This document shows positions 16,127 to 19,084 of a stretch of 19,084 nt of DNA, in pieces. The stretch comes from a virus (taxonomy: Duplodnaviria > Heunggongvirae > Uroviricota > Caudoviricetes), in IMG/VR virus record IMGVR_UViG_2744054976_000008. One strand, written 5' to 3'. Numbering within the stretch: the stretch's first letter is position 1; every line of letters begins with the position of its first letter. Below the pieces are notes generated by a model, which saw only the letters and a program-made list of their open reading frames with translations, searched no databases and was not told the origin of the DNA. Both the position numbers and the translations under genes were made by a program.

Positions 16127-16251
16127 TAAAATCAAAGAGTTACCCCATATTTAAATACACCACGTTTCCTCCTGTGCCGTATTTGTGCCATTGTAACCTT
16201 GGCAATTCATCAAAATACTGTTCTGACATCAGGCAGTGCAGGTGCAGACAT

Positions 16252-16662
16252 TTAAGCCAATTGCTGCCGCCATTCTTTGACGTAGTCAATCAGGGCGCGG
16301 AGCTTTGGTGCAATATTGCGACGCTGTGGGAAATACAGATAGAAGCCCGGAAATTGTGGAAGAAAGTCATCAAGCAGCGATACAAGCTTACCGCTTTCAA
16401 TATATGGCCTGAAAGTTTCCTGAGTGGCAATTGTTATTCCTCCGCCGGCAAGAGCCAGCCTCAACATCAGACGCAGATCATTAGTCGTAATCTGCGGTTC
16501 AATCGCAAGGTCGAAAGTTCTCCCGTTTTCTTCAAATGGCCAGCGATAAGGCGCAACCTCCGGGGACTGACGCCAGCCGATACACTTATGGGTATTTCCC
16601 CCGGAGGCGAGAAAGCGCTCTCCACGCCCGGCCGCAAGGATCAGGACGACGGGGGCAGGCAT
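16252..16662 (-). CDS. yagP: LysR-family transcriptional regulator C-terminal fragment (YagP-like, ~136 aa)
   Basis: Track ORF 16252..16794; the LysR-like part is the C-terminal effector-binding-domain sequence ...DLRLMLRLALAGGGITIATQETFRPYIESGKLVSLLDDFLPQFPGFYLYFPQRRNIAPKLRALIDYVKEWRQQ, with no N-terminal HTH. The proposed start is ATG 16662..16660, which overlaps the paoD 3' end. Position next to paoD matches the E. coli yagP locus as recalled. Confidence 0.55.
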   Translation of the reverse strand: MPAPVVLILAAGRGERFLASGGNTHKCIGWRQSPEVAPYRWPFEENGRTFDLAIEPQITTNDLRLMLRLALAGGGITIATQETFRPYIESGKLVSLLDDFLPQFPGFYLYFPQRRNIAPKLRALIDYVKEWRQQLA

Positions 16663-17597
16663 GAATCCTCCTCCTGATGGAGACGTACAGAGGCGACTTC
16701 TGCCAGCACGGAGAGTGCCAGAGTATGCGCATCCCGGGCTTTGGGGAATATCCCGACGGGTGCCCGGATTTGCGTTGTTTCCTCCCTGGACCATCCCAGC
16801 TCGTGGAGCTTTTGCAGACGTAACGTGTGGGTTCGATAGCTGCCCAATGCGCCGAGATAAAAGGGTTTTGCTTCTCGCGCGGCCTGCAACACTGGCAGCT
16901 CCCGGTTGAGATCATGGCACAGCAAAATGACCGCCGTATCGGTATCGATCTGAGCGCTGGCTGAGGCCGGAAAAAGATCGAAGATATGGCTGTCATAGCC
17001 TGTGGCTGCTGCAAGACTCGCGGTTGCCTGCGCCTCAAGAGAACGTCCGTAAATCATCAGCCTGACGCATGGCCTGAACCCCACCTCAAAGCCATTGAGA
17101 TTCCAGCCCGTCCGGGTTTGCGTGGGCAGGCACACCAGCGATTGTGCTTGCGGATCGTAGCGCAGCCCCACCGGTTTTCTCTGTTCCAGGCGGTTCAGCA
17201 CGGCGAGCAGAGGCTGTGCCGAGCGTAGTTTATGGAGCGTCAGCGTGATCCCACCGCCGCAGGGCAGAACGATGTCAAACCACGGCGAACCTTCGCCATA
17301 GCGAATTTCGCGATCGCGGCCTGAGCCCATCATCTCCAGCGCTTCAAAAGCGGCAGCGGCCTCCACGCAGCCGCCAGAGACAAAACCGCAGTAACGACCA
17401 TCTTCGCGCACCACCATCTGCGCCCCGAGCGGGCGCGCCGCGCCGCCGCGTATCTCCACCAGCGTCACCAGCACCGCTCCTTTACCGGACATTAGCGCCT
17501 CTACGGCGAAGCGCAGAATGGTCCGGTGGTCATCGGTGAGAAACGCCTGCTCTGGCTTATGCCAGTGTTCGTCTTTGTCAAAAAGCGGGTATGACAT
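16641..17597 (-). CDS. paoD: XdhC-family molybdenum cofactor insertion chaperone PaoD (YagQ)
   Basis: 318-aa ORF from ATG 17597 with GGAGG upstream. Sequence MSYPLFDKDEHWHKPEQAF...GFVSGGCVE... is XdhC/CoxI-like and lies immediately downstream of a molybdopterin oxidoreductase gene, as in paoABCD. Confidence 0.85.
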   Translation of the reverse strand: MSYPLFDKDEHWHKPEQAFLTDDHRTILRFAVEALMSGKGAVLVTLVEIRGGAARPLGAQMVVREDGRYCGFVSGGCVEAAAAFEALEMMGSGRDREIRYGEGSPWFDIVLPCGGGITLTLHKLRSAQPLLAVLNRLEQRKPVGLRYDPQAQSLVCLPTQTRTGWNLNGFEVGFRPCVRLMIYGRSLEAQATASLAAATGYDSHIFDLFPASASAQIDTDTAVILLCHDLNRELPVLQAAREAKPFYLGALGSYRTHTLRLQKLHELGWSREETTQIRAPVGIFPKARDAHTLALSVLAEVASVRLHQEEDSCLPPSS

Positions 17598-17606
17598 TGT
17601 TCCTCC

Positions 17607-19084
17607 TTAAACCACATCCGGCAGCTTATCGAGCAGCTTATCCAGAGTGATGGGATAATCCCGTACCCGAATACCGGTGGCGTTATACACCGCGTTGGCG
17701 ATAGCCGCGCTCACGCCGCACAGGCCCAGCTCACCGACACCTTTGGCCTTCATCGGGGAGGATATGGGGTCGGTATCATCCAGGAAAATCACCTCCTGTT
17801 TTGGGATATCCGCATGAACCGGCACCTCATACCCCGCCATATCGTGATTAACGAAGTAGCCCAAACGGTCATCCACCGCCAGCTCCTCCATCAGTGCCGC
17901 GCCCATGCCCATAGTCATTGCGCCAATGACCTGGCTGCGCGCAGTTTTCGGATTCAGGATGCGTCCTGCAGCACACACAGCGAGCATACGCCGGACCCGA
18001 ACTTCTCCCGTCGCGCTATGCACGCCGACCTCCACAAAATGCCCGGCAAAGGTCGACTGCTGGTACTCTTTGCTCAGTGTTCCGAATTCAATGCTCTCTT
18101 CCGCTGTCAGTCTGCCGCCTGCGGTGGCTTCATGTAGCGTGGCGCTTCGGGTACCGTTGGTAATCTTGCCGTCGGCAAACTGCGACTGCTCAGGATCAAA
18201 CCCGACTGCCGAGGCAATCATTTCGCGAAGCTTCATACAGGCGGCGTAAACGCCGGAGGTGGAGGTATTCGCGCCCCATTGTCCACCAGAACCCGCAGAA
18301 ACCGGGAAACTGGAATCGCCGAGGTGAACCGCAACCTGCTCCAGCGGTACGCCAAGCATTTCCGCTGCCGTCTGGGCCAGAATGGTGTAGCTGCCGGTGC
18401 CAATGTCGGTCATGTCCGTTTCTACGGTAACGGTGCCGTTTTGTTCGAGGTGAACCCGAGCACCCGATTTTTCCAGCAGATTATTGCGAAAGCCCGCAGC
18501 AACACCGTGGCCGACTAGCCACTCCCCGTCGCGCACCTGTCCGGGTGTGGCGTTGCGCTGCTTCCAGCCAAATTTATCCGCTCCGGTGCGCAAGCACTCG
18601 ATAAGCTGACGGCGAGAGAAGCAGCGCGTCGGGTCGGCGGGGTCAACCTGAGTGTCATTCAGGATGCGAAACTCGACGGGATCGATGCCCGCTTTTTCCG
18701 CCAGTTCGTCGATCGCGATTTCGAGCGCCATCAGACCGGGGGCTTCGCCGGGCGCACGCATGGCGTTCCCTTCCGGCAAATCAAGCGTGGCGAGCCGCAG
18801 GCCGGTATGACGATTCGCCCCGGCGTAGAGTAATTCGCTTTGCTGTACCGCCGTTTCCGGCGTGCCGCCGGGCAGGTTTCCAGACCAGCTTTCATGTGAG
18901 ATAGCGGTGATTTTCCCGCTCTGGTCGGCACCGATACGCAAGTGCTGAAGGGTGGCGGGGCGGTGCGTGGTGTTATTGGGAATAGAGGGGCGGGGGGGGA
19001 TCACTTGAACCGGGCGCGTTTCACCGCTTGGGGGGCGAGGGGCGCCAGCAGCGCCTCGCTTTTCAAGAACAACTTTCGGCCAAA
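17607..19084 (-). CDS. paoC: Aldehyde oxidoreductase molybdenum-binding subunit PaoC (YagR), 5'-partial (N-terminus beyond the window end)
   Basis: The frame is open from the window edge to TAA at 17609..17607; the track begins at an internal GTG at 19004 but upstream codons continue without a stop. The sequence is typical of xanthine dehydrogenase-family molybdopterin-binding subunits (...GTGSYTILAQ..., ...GQWGANTSTSG..., ...KAKGVGELGLCGVSAAIANAV...). Confidence 0.85.
   Translation of the reverse strand, partial: WPKVVLEKRGAAGAPRPPSGETRPVQVIPPRPSIPNNTTHRPATLQHLRIGADQSGKITAISHESWSGNLPGGTPETAVQQSELLYAGANRHTGLRLATLDLPEGNAMRAPGEAPGLMALEIAIDELAEKAGIDPVEFRILNDTQVDPADPTRCFSRRQLIECLRTGADKFGWKQRNATPGQVRDGEWLVGHGVAAGFRNNLLEKSGARVHLEQNGTVTVETDMTDIGTGSYTILAQTAAEMLGVPLEQVAVHLGDSSFPVSAGSGGQWGANTSTSGVYAACMKLREMIASAVGFDPEQSQFADGKITNGTRSATLHEATAGGRLTAEESIEFGTLSKEYQQSTFAGHFVEVGVHSATGEVRVRRMLAVCAAGRILNPKTARSQVIGAMTMGMGAALMEELAVDDRLGYFVNHDMAGYEVPVHADIPKQEVIFLDDTDPISSPMKAKGVGELGLCGVSAAIANAVYNATGIRVRDYPITLDKLLDKLPDVV

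Noticed and set aside
16030-17228. Track ORFs 16030..16677 (plus), 16586..17038 (minus), 16661..16909 (plus) and 16986..17228 (plus)
   Set aside because: They are antisense or out of frame relative to yagP and paoD, which have clear family signatures and proper starts.
17814-18931. Track ORFs 17814..18137, 17905..18249, 18279..18518 (plus) and 18731..18931 (minus) within paoC
   Set aside because: Shadow ORFs inside a well-supported GC-rich gene.
1-19084. Insertion sequences or transposases
   Set aside because: No transposase-like ORF or terminal inverted repeats were seen; the only recombinases are the truncated invertase and the tyrosine integrase.

Overview
The window looks like an Escherichia coli-type chromosomal island junction at a tRNA-Thr (thrW-like) attachment site next to the yagP-paoD-paoC locus. 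Left part (1-3391): a truncated Pin/Hin-family invertase and a convergent AT-rich autotransporter adhesin gene, apparently the end of a neighbouring island. Centre (3420-16126): a ~12.7 kb P4-like satellite/integrative element bounded by 19-bp direct repeats derived from the 3' end of tRNA-Thr(CGU). It carries a tyrosine integrase, an AlpA-family regulator, an Arc-like repressor with twin palindromic operators, small early genes, a P4 alpha-like primase-helicase, an iteron array, a Psu-like protein and an Ogr/Delta zinc-finger activator. Its cargo is an AT-rich pair of translationally coupled reverse transcriptases whose architecture matches defence-associated RT type 3 (DRT3, UG3+UG8), the main candidate system here. 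Downstream of the RT pair is a 9-bp tandem repeat interrupted by 98 unresolved N bases. Right part: a LysR-family fragment (yagP-like), paoD and the 3' ~1.5 kb of paoC, all on the minus strand. All family assignments are from reading the translations; no database search was run.
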